Shown: positions 1-10,224 of the stretch, piece by piece
How positions within the stretch are numbered: the stretch's first letter is position 1
Layout: each line of letters begins with the position of its first letter
Assembly (NCBI GenBank): GCA_049512075.1
Contig: JBEKXL010000001.1
Location: 192,001 to 256,000 of the forward strand
DNA: 64,000 bases
From: Candidatus Bathyarchaeia archaeon
GTDB lineage: Archaea; Thermoproteota; Bathyarchaeia; Bathyarchaeales; Bathycorpusculaceae
Reading direction: 5' to 3'
Translations under genes and position numbers: made by a program
The notes under the pieces: model-generated
Database searches by the model: none
What the model was told of the DNA's origin: nothing
Seen by the model: only the letters and a program-made list of their open reading frames with translations

Positions 1-111
1 CACGTAGGCCAAGGCTGCGGCTATCACTACGAAGGCAATCAAAACGATTGCAGCTTCAATGCCGACGATGCCGCGCTTCTTGCGGATGCAACGCATCAGG
101 GTGTTCATCAT
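1..111 (-). CDS. arlB: Archaellin-type protein, N-terminal part (runs off window start)
   Basis: Manual translation MMNTLMRCIRKKRG|IVGIEAAIVLIAFVVIAAALAYV; class III signal peptide; GGTGA RBS upstream. Confidence 0.85.
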   Translation of the reverse strand, partial: MMNTLMRCIRKKRGIVGIEAAIVLIAFVVIAAALAYV

Positions 112-118
112 GGTTCAC

Positions 119-820
119 CTAACTGCCTACTGTGCTCCATCCTGGAGCTAGCTGGGGCGAAACAACGAAACTCACGGCGAGCGGTGCGCCTTGCTCAGGC
201 CTAATCTGGAGGTAAATGGTTTGGCCGTGAACTGCGCGGTCCTGTGGTGCGAAGGAGACCACTAGAAATCCTTTTTCGTTGCTGTCAAGCGAAGTGTTGT
301 TGTTACTATTGCCTATGAACAGCTCCGCCGTAGTTGTGGTGCCTCCATTGGACAATGCGGTTTGACCCACATCGGTGACCAAACTGTCCATTGTAGTACT
401 ATATGGATCGATAGTGCTGGCGGTGGTGGCGTTGACTCCATAGTAGCAATTGGCGATTGCTGTTTGGTTAGAGACCGTCAAAGTAATTTGGGTTGAATTT
501 GCATCCATTGGAACGTATCTGACTCCGATTACTTGCAGCGGGACCATCAAGGCGTCAACGTAGTAAGGAGCAGTAGTGTTGGCTCTTACCATGATGTCTC
601 CGTCGACAACTAGAGGGCTACTTGCTTCTGACAAGCCCGTCTGAATTGTCTGTTTGCCGCTCTGTGTTGCGAACAGACCCATGTTGACAACCATGAAGGC
701 GAAGGCAGCAGCGACAATGACGAAAGCGATGAGCACGATTGCAGCTTCAATGCCTACCATAGCGCGATTTTGTTTCAGTAGTTTTCTTAGGCTTTGTTTT
801 ATTTTCATTTTCTTTTTCAC
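119..820 (-). CDS. arlB: Archaellin
   Basis: KQNRA|MVGIEAAIVLIAFVIVAAAFAF archaellin N-terminus; true start probably ATG at 808 after GGTGA. Confidence 0.9.
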   Translation of the reverse strand: MKKKMKIKQSLRKLLKQNRAMVGIEAAIVLIAFVIVAAAFAFMVVNMGLFATQSGKQTIQTGLSEASSPLVVDGDIMVRANTTAPYYVDALMVPLQVIGVRYVPMDANSTQITLTVSNQTAIANCYYGVNATTASTIDPYSTTMDSLVTDVGQTALSNGGTTTTAELFIGNSNNNTSLDSNEKGFLVVSFAPQDRAVHGQTIYLQIRPEQGAPLAVSFVVSPQLAPGWSTVGS

Positions 821-846
821 CTGAGCCTAAGAGTATTGACTATTGC

Positions 847-885
847 GATATAATACTCTGTGCGTCACAGCCCCCACAAACAACG
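847..885 (-). promoter_or_regulatory. Archaellin promoter (TATA-like ATTATATC plus upstream conserved box)
   Basis: 29/39 nt ungapped identity with 1833-1871 upstream of the other archaellin gene. Confidence 0.7.
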
Positions 886-1144
886 CTCGCCCAAAAAGGA
901 TAGTTCGACGTTTCCGAGCTCGGCCGACGACCATCAACTGGGCAGATGTTACGGGGCCTCGAGGTCGGAGTTGACTGAGTGCCTGAAAGCCTAGACTCCC
1001 CGTTCCGTTTTCTAAGACCTTTCTGCAGGTTTCAGTGCACGTCTGTTGCGTTATCCATGTCCAGGGTTCAACAGCGGGTTCAGCAACGCTGTCCTGTTCT
1101 GCGGTTGAGACGCGGAAAGGAGGTTTAGAAGCGTGTAGTTTTGC

Positions 1145-1801
1145 TTAGCTGCCTACTGTTAGCCATCCGTTGGTGAGATCCGGCGGGACGAAGATTTCAA
1201 CTGAGAGAGGAGCACCGTTCTGCGGTCGGATGTCGATATAGATGTGTTCTCCTTCGGCTGCCTGGTCGGTTCCGCTGAAATAGAATACCAAGAAGCCTTT
1301 TTCGTTAGAGTCGAGAGACGAGCCACCATCACTGTTGCTTATGAAGAGTTTTGCGCCTGTGCTGCTGTGTCCGACGGCGTTTACGAGCGTATCAAACTGA
1401 GCTGTGTATGGGTTAGTATCATTTATTCCTTCGTAAACATCGGCAATTGCGGTGTGATTCCCCACTCTTAACGTTACTTCAGTCGAGTTTTGGGCCATTG
1501 ACACGTATTGTGTTCCAATAGTCTCCAATGGAATTACCGTGGCATCCACTTTTCCAGAGCTTCCTCTCAGGTATATGCTACCATCAATCATCAGTGGGCT
1601 ACTCACATCCGATATGCCCTGCTGAATTGTGTCTCTTCCCCTCTGCGTTGCGAATAAACCCATATTGACCGCCATGAAGCTGAAAGCAGCAGCAACAATG
1701 ACGAAAGCGATGAGCACGATTGCAGCTTCAATACCTATCATACCGCGATTCTGCTTCAAAGATTTCTTCAGAGCTTTCCTAATATTCATTAAAGCCTTCA
1801 C
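1145..1801 (-). CDS. arlB: Archaellin
   Basis: KQNRG|MIGIEAAIVLIAFV; paralogue of 119-820 (shared SLDSNEKGFLV, IRPxxGAPL); true start probably ATG 1789. Confidence 0.9.
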   Translation of the reverse strand: MKALMNIRKALKKSLKQNRGMIGIEAAIVLIAFVIVAAAFSFMAVNMGLFATQRGRDTIQQGISDVSSPLMIDGSIYLRGSSGKVDATVIPLETIGTQYVSMAQNSTEVTLRVGNHTAIADVYEGINDTNPYTAQFDTLVNAVGHSSTGAKLFISNSDGGSSLDSNEKGFLVFYFSGTDQAAEGEHIYIDIRPQNGAPLSVEIFVPPDLTNGWLTVGS

Positions 1802-1832
1802 CTGTAGCTGTGCTCAGTATTCAGAATATTTA

Positions 1833-1871
1833 GATATAATCTTCTGTATGTCGCAAACTTCACAGACAACG
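1833..1871 (-). promoter_or_regulatory. Archaellin promoter (paralogue of 847-885)
   Basis: GATATAATnnTCTGTnnGTCnCA..CACAnACAACG shared with 847-885. Confidence 0.7.
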
Positions 1872-2228
1872 GTTTCCCGCAGAATTTTGACCCTATCTCC
1901 CGATAAGTTTCTCTTTCAGAGCATCATGCTGAGCATCGTTTGCCTCAAACTGCTATAAATTCAAGAATTCCGAAAACGAAGCATCTTTCAAATTCTCAAC
2001 GATAAGCGTGTTGAGACACACCATCCATTCAACAAGACCCAAAATGAGAACGCCACATTGACGAGAGACTGATCAATATTGACTCTAATGGTAAACTTTT
2101 CCGGGCAGACGGATACAGTCTTCAATGTGTTTGGCGTGGTTATCTGTCAGAACGTGCGGTTTGTTGCGGCCTCGCACAATACAAAGATGCTAATTGAGTG
2201 CAGAAGCCTGAGAAAACGATTGAAGAAT

Positions 2229-3155
2229 TCAGTGTCTCAAGCAGATTTCTTGAACTGTTTCTGCGGTTTCATCAAGTTTAGAGAACAGCATTTCTAGTGT
2301 TTCGATGAAAGCATTGTAGTTTGTCCAGAGAGCCACCGTTTTGGATTTCTTTTTGTCGATGTCGTCCTCTCCTTCTTCGTTTTGTTGAATGGCGATGAGC
2401 AGTTCTTTTCTGTCAGATATTATAAAGCAGGGTATGTTTTTCACATCCACTACCCGGTGCTTGTGGCCTGCCCAGCTCATTTTGTCCAAGAAGAATCTGC
2501 CTTTCAAAGAGTTTTCCGTCAACAACGCGATGTCCAGCTTCTTCGAGCACACTTCCAGGTTGTCTATGAAATCGCTGTGGTACAGTTGACCCAAATATTC
2601 GCCTGGAGCAAATATCTGGATTTCTCTTGTCGCCCGTTCAAGAAGCTCATTTGCTTTGAGAAGTATTTGCTGACCGCCTTCGAGTATCTGAAATATCTCC
2701 TTCTTGTTGCTTTCAAGTTTCGGCTGCGGCATAGATGACCAAAGCTCGACCAAGCCGGCTTTTTCCTTCTCCAAGAGCCTGATTCTCATTTTCTGAGCTT
2801 CAATCAGCAGGTCTACAGCTTTCTCCAAGGGTGCCGCTGTGAACTTCAGCGGTCTTTCGAAAACCGAAAAAACGATACCCTTCTTCTCGAGATCGCGCAG
2901 AATCCTGTAAGTCTCCGTTCTATGAAGCGATATTGCCTCCGCAACTTCAGCGGCCTTTCTCTCCCCCGCTCTTGCAAGATATACGTAGACTCTTATCTCG
3001 TTTTTCAGCAGCCCGAACCTGGACAGTGTGTCCTCTATCATCATCAGCTGCTTGCCAAGCCCCTTGTCTCTCTTGACGAACTTCCATGACTCATTCTTCT
3101 CATCATAAACTTTGATCAAATCATCGATTTTTTCCATCGCCAGCTCCATAGCCAT
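2229..3155 (-). CDS. TrmB-family transcriptional regulator
   Basis: FGLLKNEIRVYVYL..AAEVAEAISLHRTETYRILRDLEKKG TrmB wHTH; coiled coil; C-terminal effector domain (FIISDRKELL). Confidence 0.85.
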   Translation of the reverse strand: MAMELAMEKIDDLIKVYDEKNESWKFVKRDKGLGKQLMMIEDTLSRFGLLKNEIRVYVYLARAGERKAAEVAEAISLHRTETYRILRDLEKKGIVFSVFERPLKFTAAPLEKAVDLLIEAQKMRIRLLEKEKAGLVELWSSMPQPKLESNKKEIFQILEGGQQILLKANELLERATREIQIFAPGEYLGQLYHSDFIDNLEVCSKKLDIALLTENSLKGRFFLDKMSWAGHKHRVVDVKNIPCFIISDRKELLIAIQQNEEGEDDIDKKKSKTVALWTNYNAFIETLEMLFSKLDETAETVQEICLRH

Positions 3156-3678
3156 TCTCCTAGCTCATCGCGATCCGAGCTGACGACCAATTCTAACGAA
3201 GCATATACTTTATACTTATGAACCTGAAATCTGAATCAGAAATTCACCATCGACGGACTCACCCCGCGATAAGAGCAAAGTGGACCGAGAAAAAACCGTC
3301 AAGGCGATCCTATTCTCGAGGTTTCTATGGAAGACCGTGAAAAAACAAACCTCCCTCCTCAATCTTGTAGACCGTTAAATAAAGCCTGCAAATACGATCG
3401 ATAACACGACCAAGCTCTTGAAGTACGTAATCCATAAACAAAACCAGAGATAAAGGATACTTGAAAACTGGAGAAATGATTAAGAGAATTATCGAAAATT
3501 GCGGAGAAACTGCTATTATGGCGTCTCATACGTTATTTTTGACAATTCATATAGGCTTATTGCACCTCAGAACACCTTTCAGACTCCTCAAACGCACGAA
3601 ACGCAAAGGTCTCAGTTAGATATTTACAACTGGAAAATTGAGTTCAGCGAATTCATGATCAGAATGAAAAATTCGTAA

Positions 3679-4515
3679 ATGATTTATCTGATCTTTTGCC
3701 GATTCTTAGATGGAGACTCAGGATTGCAGAGAGATTTCGACGACATCCTGCGCCAAGCCATAAACGAGACGCTGTCTTCGCTAGGCGAAAAAGTTGAGAA
3801 CGCAATATATGAGTGCTTAGAGAAAATAAACATTCAGAGACCAGAAATTCCCTATAAGATTGAGGCCTTTGCAAAGTGTCTCAGTGTAACCTTAGGCCAA
3901 GACGCTCGCATCGTCGAGGCCAATGTTGTGAAACGTCTATTTGAGAACTTAGCAATCCCGTTACAACCGGAAGAGCACTGCGAATTATTGTTAACTGACT
4001 ACGTTAGACGCGCACGTATGCAAATTTACGAGAAGTTCGTCAGTTGCATACGTAGCGGCCTGGCTGTCCTACATTTTGATAACATGAACGATCTTTGCGT
4101 CGTCAAACTCATTGCTGCTAACACTGCTGCGGCGACGATTATGGGTCTAGATGTAGGCAAGGATCTCGGAAGGGCCATTCTGGAGATCTACCCAGGTATG
4201 GAAATAAATATCTTGGAATCTCTTACTGAGGTAATTCATTCAAGAAGGGCAAGAATAGTAGGAAGAATTAAAAGTGAATCTGAGCCCAAAGTGGCTTTTT
4301 CCATCCTATCCTTTCCATTGTCAAGCAACTGTCTTGCCTTGGCTTTCACCAGGGTCGATCAGGTCAGAAAGGACCAAAAGGGGCTATTTGGAAAAGAGGA
4401 GCATTTACATGATGATATTCCAGAGCCAATCGAGGTGACTCTGGAAATCCCTGAAGGAAGGCACGTCTGGCCCGTGCGGGAATGCAAGAAAGCAGAGTCT
4501 GGTCCTGCGGAATAG
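3679..4515 (+). CDS. Hypothetical signalling protein: small helical archaeal domain (DUF3227/NitrOD5-like) plus PAS-like domain
   Basis: AINETLSSLGEKVENAIY..EIPYKIEAF pattern, then AANTAAATIMGL..LGRAILEIYP PAS-like motif. Confidence 0.5.
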   Translation: MIYLIFCRFLDGDSGLQRDFDDILRQAINETLSSLGEKVENAIYECLEKINIQRPEIPYKIEAFAKCLSVTLGQDARIVEANVVKRLFENLAIPLQPEEHCELLLTDYVRRARMQIYEKFVSCIRSGLAVLHFDNMNDLCVVKLIAANTAAATIMGLDVGKDLGRAILEIYPGMEINILESLTEVIHSRRARIVGRIKSESEPKVAFSILSFPLSSNCLALAFTRVDQVRKDQKGLFGKEEHLHDDIPEPIEVTLEIPEGRHVWPVRECKKAESGPAE

Positions 4516-5127
4516 TCAAGACGAGGGAAAAACGAGGGCGAAGGCCCTATAAGTGTTTTCTTCGTTCTTTTCTCTAGCCAGATTTGGTTGGGACATCGCC
4601 AGCTTTCGGACGAACAAGAAGTAAAGGAGAATAGAAACCATGAATCGTAGTTCAAAGCTAACATGCGCTTCTAGCTCCGCCCTATGAAATTGAGCTTGCG
4701 GAAGAACATTCTGGGGCAATGGCGGAATCGCAAATACATGTTTCTGAATTCTCTGAAAAGCAAGGAATCTGAATGATACGCGTGTGCGTCCCTAGTCTCG
4801 CTTCTTCGAATTATGACCTGAGCCATGTCGCAACGTTCTAGACTACGCTTCCCGTGTCCCAAGACAGCATTTCATCCTGCTACCAAGCTAGACCGGAAGC
4901 AAACAGTCCAGCAAACGAATTTGGGAATAGCCACGTACACTGTGCGTAACTTACTCAGAATTCGTGATGTTGGTGGAACAGGGTGTTCTGAGGTAGCTTT
5001 GTTACAAGACGAGAGAAGAAAAGTGGATGGTGTTCATGAATCGATTTTAGGCATATTTCGGCAATAGAAGGATGGTTTAACTGTCTTGCAGGCATCCTTC
5101 CATTTGTAGAAGTCCAAGCAGGGGCTG

Positions 5128-5481
5128 ATGGAGTTGATGGAGAAAGTCGAGGCGCGGTCAGGAAATGCGCATTGTGTGATACTAAGCTATAATGGAACAC
5201 TTTTTTACGTATCCACGGTTCGCGTTCATCTCTGTGAAGGAGGCACGAAGCATAAGGCGACATTCTGTGCCAGAGAAGCAAATGATGGAACATCGAAGGA
5301 ATTGGCCATGGAAATACCTCAAAACCTATACGAAGTCTTGTTAAGATACGTCGGCTTGAATAACCCTGATCTCATACTCGTTTTACAGGCCCAGGGTGAC
5401 GAATTCAAATGGGGTTTCACTAGCGAAACTTGGCTCAAACAGTATTCATGCAGAGACAATTTCCGAAAGTGTGTTGTCTAG
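5128..5481 (+). CDS. Hypothetical protein
   Basis: 117-aa ORF with plausible RBS; no motif recognised. Confidence 0.4.
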   Translation: MELMEKVEARSGNAHCVILSYNGTLFYVSTVRVHLCEGGTKHKATFCAREANDGTSKELAMEIPQNLYEVLLRYVGLNNPDLILVLQAQGDEFKWGFTSETWLKQYSCRDNFRKCVV

Positions 5482-5732
5482 CTCGACTTTGAACATGTGA
5501 AGCGCACGGAAAAAAAGGCGACAAGACTCTGCCAGCGTGCGCGGAAATAGCCCGAGGATGCAACGTTATAGATGAAGTACGGATCGAGAAAGTTCAGCTT
5601 GCATTCTGATCTGGGATTCATAACCTATTTATTCGCACAAGGACACTTTTTCTAAGAAGAGAGGAATTTGATTGTCTATTTGCAAGTATACTGAACTAGT
5701 GCGGAAGGGAAAATCTTTCTCGGTGATGTGAG

Positions 5733-7031
5733 TTGCGAATTGGGTTCTTTGTCTGGGAATATCCACCTGCACTCGTCGGTGGTTTGGGCACGTATGCAGA
5801 GTATATAACGCGTCAATTCGTTGCCATGGGCAACGACGTGACAGTGTTCACCCTTAACCCGGGAAACCTGAAAACCCGTGAAATCCTGAAGGGCGTAGAA
5901 GTTCACAGACCCTTGATCGCCGACGCAAGCAATGTTTTCCCGATGTTCGTCATCGACGATCTGAAAAAGTGGGGCACAAACATACGCATGTTCAATGACA
6001 TATTCATCTATAATATTCTCAGCGCCTCAAAATTCATAAATAGCATGCTGAAAAAGGAAGGCTGCAACTTCGACGTAGTCTGTGTACACGACTGGCTGAG
6101 CAGCATATCCGGCCTCATGGTCAAGAACGAGACAAAAACACCAGTGGTTTTTCACGTCCACAGCACCGAGTGGGGTAGGGCAGGAGGGCAGGGATCAGAA
6201 GTCGTCTCACACCTCGAATGGGCAACATCCCAGAAAGTGGACAAGATCGTAACTGTCAGCCATGCCATGCATGAAGACTTGGTCAGACACGGATGGCCAA
6301 AATCCAAAATAAGCGTAGTCTGGAACGGCGTGGACCCTGAGTATTATAACCCAAGAAAATGCAAACCCGAAGATGTGGAAGCAATCCGTAACCGGTACGG
6401 AATAAAACCCGACGAAAAAATGGTTTTGTTCCTCGGAAGGCTCACCTGGGTTAAAGGAGTCACGGACCTCGTTCAAGCAATGCCCACAGTGCTAGCAGAC
6501 TATCCCAACACCAGACTGGTCATTCTCGGAAAGGGTGAACAACAGAATGACATTGTTGAAACTGCAAACAGACTCGGAATAAGCGAAAAAGTTGCTTGCA
6601 GGTTTGAATTCGTACCCGAAAAAGAGCGTATCCTGCACTATGCAGCAGCAGACGTCTGCATTTTCCCATCCACATACGAACCATTCGGAATAGTAAGCCT
6701 AGAAGCCATGTCGATGGAAAAACCCATAATCGTCGGAGCCCAAGGCACAGTTGGATTCAGAGAACAGGTAATTCCCACCGGGCCAGACCAGAACGGAGTC
6801 CACGTAAACGGTGGCAACCCGTCCGATATCGCATGGGGCATCAAAGAAACCCTATCTGACCCCGAAAGGGCCATAGAATGGGGAATAAACGGCAGAAAAA
6901 GAGTGATTCAATACTTCACGTGGCGAGAAGCTGCAGAACAGACACTTCGAATATATGAGACGGTGGAACATCCGCGAGGGCACGAGGAATTCAAACTCGT
7001 CGATTTGGTCGAGAAACTGACAAGATCATGA
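5733..7031 (+). CDS. Glycosyltransferase family 4 (glycogen-synthase-like)
   Basis: WEYPPALVGGLG, HDW, HVHSTE, FLGRL..KG, EPFGIVSLEAM. Confidence 0.92.
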   Translation: MRIGFFVWEYPPALVGGLGTYAEYITRQFVAMGNDVTVFTLNPGNLKTREILKGVEVHRPLIADASNVFPMFVIDDLKKWGTNIRMFNDIFIYNILSASKFINSMLKKEGCNFDVVCVHDWLSSISGLMVKNETKTPVVFHVHSTEWGRAGGQGSEVVSHLEWATSQKVDKIVTVSHAMHEDLVRHGWPKSKISVVWNGVDPEYYNPRKCKPEDVEAIRNRYGIKPDEKMVLFLGRLTWVKGVTDLVQAMPTVLADYPNTRLVILGKGEQQNDIVETANRLGISEKVACRFEFVPEKERILHYAAADVCIFPSTYEPFGIVSLEAMSMEKPIIVGAQGTVGFREQVIPTGPDQNGVHVNGGNPSDIAWGIKETLSDPERAIEWGINGRKRVIQYFTWREAAEQTLRIYETVEHPRGHEEFKLVDLVEKLTRS

Positions 7032-7180
7032 AAAAGCAAAATGACTTTGCACGCGTCCCCCCTCATAGTCTATGACCCATAGACATAGAACGTTCTAGAC
7101 AGAAAGACGCGATCAAGTGCAGGCGTCGCCATAGTCGTTGCGCGTCCGAAAGGTTTATTAAATCTCACTACTACATACAT

Positions 7181-7332
7181 TGTAGTGAAGGGCTGCCGAC
7201 AGGCTTGGACTAGGCTTGTAGACTTGAGTCCTGACTTGCTTGTGATCCTCGAATCCCGGTCTTGTCGTGCATCGCGGCTCTTGACGCAGCTTGAAGCTCA
7301 GTGTTGGCAGCCCCCGGGCAAGATGCACTGTA
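7181..7332 (+). ncRNA. Candidate structured non-coding RNA
   Basis: TATA-like TTTATTA at 7154; 12-bp stem 7190-7201/7302-7313 with G-U pair; repeated CTTG motifs inside. Confidence 0.35.
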
Positions 7333-7451
7333 GGTCTTATCCTTCACATTCAGTTCCTGGTTTGAAGAAAAACTGCAAAAACGGAGGATCCATGCTTAAT
7401 CGCTGGTTTTGATGAACGCCTTCAGGGTTGAACATTCATAAACTGGTTACG

Positions 7452-7898
7452 CTAGATTGCGCGCATGTTGGAAAGCTTTTCGACTATGTCAATCATTTCT
7501 TGATCAACGCTGACCGTTCGGGCAATGTTGGTTAGGGTAATCAAACCTATCAGCTTTCCATTCTCCACGATGGGGAGCTTCTTGATCTTCCTCTTAAACA
7601 TGAGTCTGGCAGCTTCGTGGATTTCCATGTCAGGGTTTCCCACGACAAGCTTCTGTGTCATGATGTCCGAAACAGCCAGTTTCCTAGGATCCTTTGCCTT
7701 CTCCAGGACTTTCTCCAGAAGATCTCTCTGAGTTACAATCCCTCTTGCTTCCCCATTGTCCTCGATAATCAAACATCCTATGTTATTCTTGTTCATCATT
7801 TTCACTGCATTGTCGACAAGGGTACAGGAGTTTACTTTCACCACTTCTTTAACCATGATGTCTTTGGCCTTCAAGAAGTCCGCCGATAGGGAAATCAT
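7452..7898 (-). CDS. CBS-domain pair protein
   Basis: AKDIM..GIVTQRDL and VSDIM..KKLPIVENGKLIGLIT repeats. Confidence 0.9.
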   Translation of the reverse strand: MISLSADFLKAKDIMVKEVVKVNSCTLVDNAVKMMNKNNIGCLIIEDNGEARGIVTQRDLLEKVLEKAKDPRKLAVSDIMTQKLVVGNPDMEIHEAARLMFKRKIKKLPIVENGKLIGLITLTNIARTVSVDQEMIDIVEKLSNMRAI

Positions 7899-8380
7899 TC
7901 AATTATTCTTTTAAGGAATTGTGTGTAACAGGACCCTACTATCAACGGAATGGGCGCTGCCTACGTGATCTTGTTGCGTGTCTCGCTACATATGCCCTTC
8001 TTCTTATTAGAATCATACAGAAATCAAACCTGAGGATAACCTATGCTTAGCGCGTGCGCTCACATAAACGGCGACATTACATCGGATGTGTGTAAAAAGG
8101 GGACAGGGATCAGCTCTCGAAAGTATTTCTCATGACGCACAGCCTCCCACTCTCCGACGCCAACGTTTCAAGCGGTCAGAAGCTGGACAGCACGCGCACG
8201 AACTTCGCGCCAAAGATCCCGTGTGGCGAATACAAACACGCTGAAGTGCGCCAGAAGATAATGGCAAGTTTCGCCTCTTCACCTAGATCTTTCACGGCAC
8301 AGAAAATCTTAATTCACTATGCTTAAATCAAAGTGTGCTGTTAACTTCCGAAGACGAATCCTAAGTCGTTAATCCGACGC

Positions 8381-8480
8381 AGCGGGGTGGGGTAGCCAGG
8401 ATTAACCCGCTGGGCTCATAAAAGCTCAGTTGCTTTGAGAAACCCAGAGATCAGTAGTTCAAATCTACTCCCCGCTACCA
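8381..8480 (+). tRNA. tRNA-iMet(CAT) with 21-nt canonical 37/38 intron (8421-8441), CCA encoded
   Basis: A1-U72 acceptor AGCGGGG/CCCCGCT; three G-C pairs closing the anticodon loop; BHB helix CTCA/TGAG with 3-nt bulges; T loop TTCAAAT. Confidence 0.95.
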
Positions 8481-8897
8481 AAGCCTACACGAAACTTCTC
8501 TTCACAAAAGCTTACGTCATCTTCTCGCACCTTTAGGCTTCAGAGCGCTTGAAATATCCGCTTCCTTCAAATCTCTCAAGATGCTTGATACTTGATCTAA
8601 CACTAGAAGGAAATCAAAAGTATTAATACCTCAACGTTCCAAACCCTAATGTGACTTACTTTGCAGATTGATGCCATAGAGAACTCTTTGCTTCAGGCCA
8701 CGATTAATCCGTTCCTCAAACGGATAATCAGCCTCATAGACAAGGAATGCCCGAGGGACGGAAATCTTCTCTTAAACTCTCTAAAAGACTTTTGGGCGAA
8801 CCGATTTCTCTATGTCCAACATGTAAGAGTGTAAGCAAAGCTGGCTAGACACTTTTACAGACTTGGAAGCAGCTTCCTACGAGTAGACAAGGACTTT

Positions 8898-10181
8898 ATG
8901 CGAAATCAGTTTCTGAACGACGAATTCGGAGAAGCCTGGTTCAGAGGGTTCGACCTCATGATGAAGGGTGTAGAGAAATATGGCGTACGCATACCTTTTA
9001 CGCCCGCAGGACCCTTCGAAATCGTTTGGAACGTTACTTATCAATGCAATCTGAGATGCAAACACTGCTACGAGAACGCTGGCCAGAAACGCCCAGAACT
9101 CTCCACGGATGAAGCCAAACAAGTGTTAGACAAAATCGCAAAGCTGTCGGGCATCGGTCTGCCAGCGCTGTCCTTCAGCGGCGGTGAACCACTTGCGAGA
9201 AAGGACTTTTTTGAACTTGCAGCCTACACGAGAAAACGTGTGGGCTACTTAAGCATCGCCTCAAATGGCACATTGATTACTCGTGACAACGCAAAAAGAA
9301 TCAAGGATGCTGGGGTCGATTACGTTGAGATAAGCATCGATGGAACAACGCCCGGGGTTCATGACTCGTTCAGAGGCATCCCAGGCGCGTTTGAAAGGGC
9401 GACAGATGGTGTAAAAAACTCTCTTGAAGAGGGCGTGGACACTTGCATCGCAACCGTCTTGCACAGGGACAACATAAATGAGCTGAACAAGCTTATCGGA
9501 CTATCGAAACAGTTGGGCACGAGGTTCATGCATTTCAACTACATTCCCACGGGAAGGGCAAAGGCTCACGTTGAACTGGACTTGACTCCCAACCAGAGAT
9601 ACGAAGTGCTTGAAACCATCGGCAAAGAAATAGTAGGGCTTTACATGCAAAAGAAAGGAGAGGAAATCAAGTGGGGAAAATCGGACATCAAGGTTGACAG
9701 GTTCTTCAGCACATGTCCCCAGTACGCCAGTGTTACAAAAGAGCTGTCACAAAGGCAGGGTGGAAGGTTTATGGTGGAAGCTCACTATGCGACGAAGCAG
9801 GGTGTTGAGAACGTCGCTAACTTCTTAGGTGGATGCGGTGCTGGACGGCTGTACTGCTGCCTCGAACCAAACGGAGACATAAAACCCTGTGTCTTTTTCC
9901 AAACGTCCAAGGAAACAGTTCTTGGAAACATGCTGAAGGACAGCTTCGAAGAAATATGGGACACAAATCCGCTACTGTGGAAACTTCGCATAAGAGAAGA
10001 CCTTGAAGACTGTTCAGTGGACGGAAAGAAAGTGGGCTGCGGTGAATGCCCGGACAAGTACATATGCGGAGGGTGCAGGGCCAGAGCCTACAGCTACTTT
10101 GATGGCAACGTGAAAATGCCGGATGTCGGCTGCATTCACAATCAGCCTCTGTGGGAAAAGATATCTAACTCAAGGAACTAG
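8898..10181 (+). CDS. Radical SAM/SPASM domain protein (AhbD/NirJ-like); N-terminus probably extends to 8661
   Basis: CNLRCKHC motif, SGGEPL, GCGAGR..PC and CGEC..CGGCRA SPASM cysteines. Confidence 0.9.
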   Translation: MRNQFLNDEFGEAWFRGFDLMMKGVEKYGVRIPFTPAGPFEIVWNVTYQCNLRCKHCYENAGQKRPELSTDEAKQVLDKIAKLSGIGLPALSFSGGEPLARKDFFELAAYTRKRVGYLSIASNGTLITRDNAKRIKDAGVDYVEISIDGTTPGVHDSFRGIPGAFERATDGVKNSLEEGVDTCIATVLHRDNINELNKLIGLSKQLGTRFMHFNYIPTGRAKAHVELDLTPNQRYEVLETIGKEIVGLYMQKKGEEIKWGKSDIKVDRFFSTCPQYASVTKELSQRQGGRFMVEAHYATKQGVENVANFLGGCGAGRLYCCLEPNGDIKPCVFFQTSKETVLGNMLKDSFEEIWDTNPLLWKLRIREDLEDCSVDGKKVGCGECPDKYICGGCRARAYSYFDGNVKMPDVGCIHNQPLWEKISNSRN

Positions 10182-10224
10182 CGTGAAAAGAAAAATTAGA
10201 TATCTGCGCCAACAGTCGGCGGAC

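Noticed and set aside
3280-3385. Repeated ACCG(T/A)-A-rich motifs upstream of the TrmB gene
   Set aside because: Too short and irregularly spaced to distinguish from chance.
4516-5070. Possible gene(s) between the PAS-like and hypothetical genes
   Set aside because: Only short ORFs in conflicting frames with no recognisable motif; probably decayed sequence.
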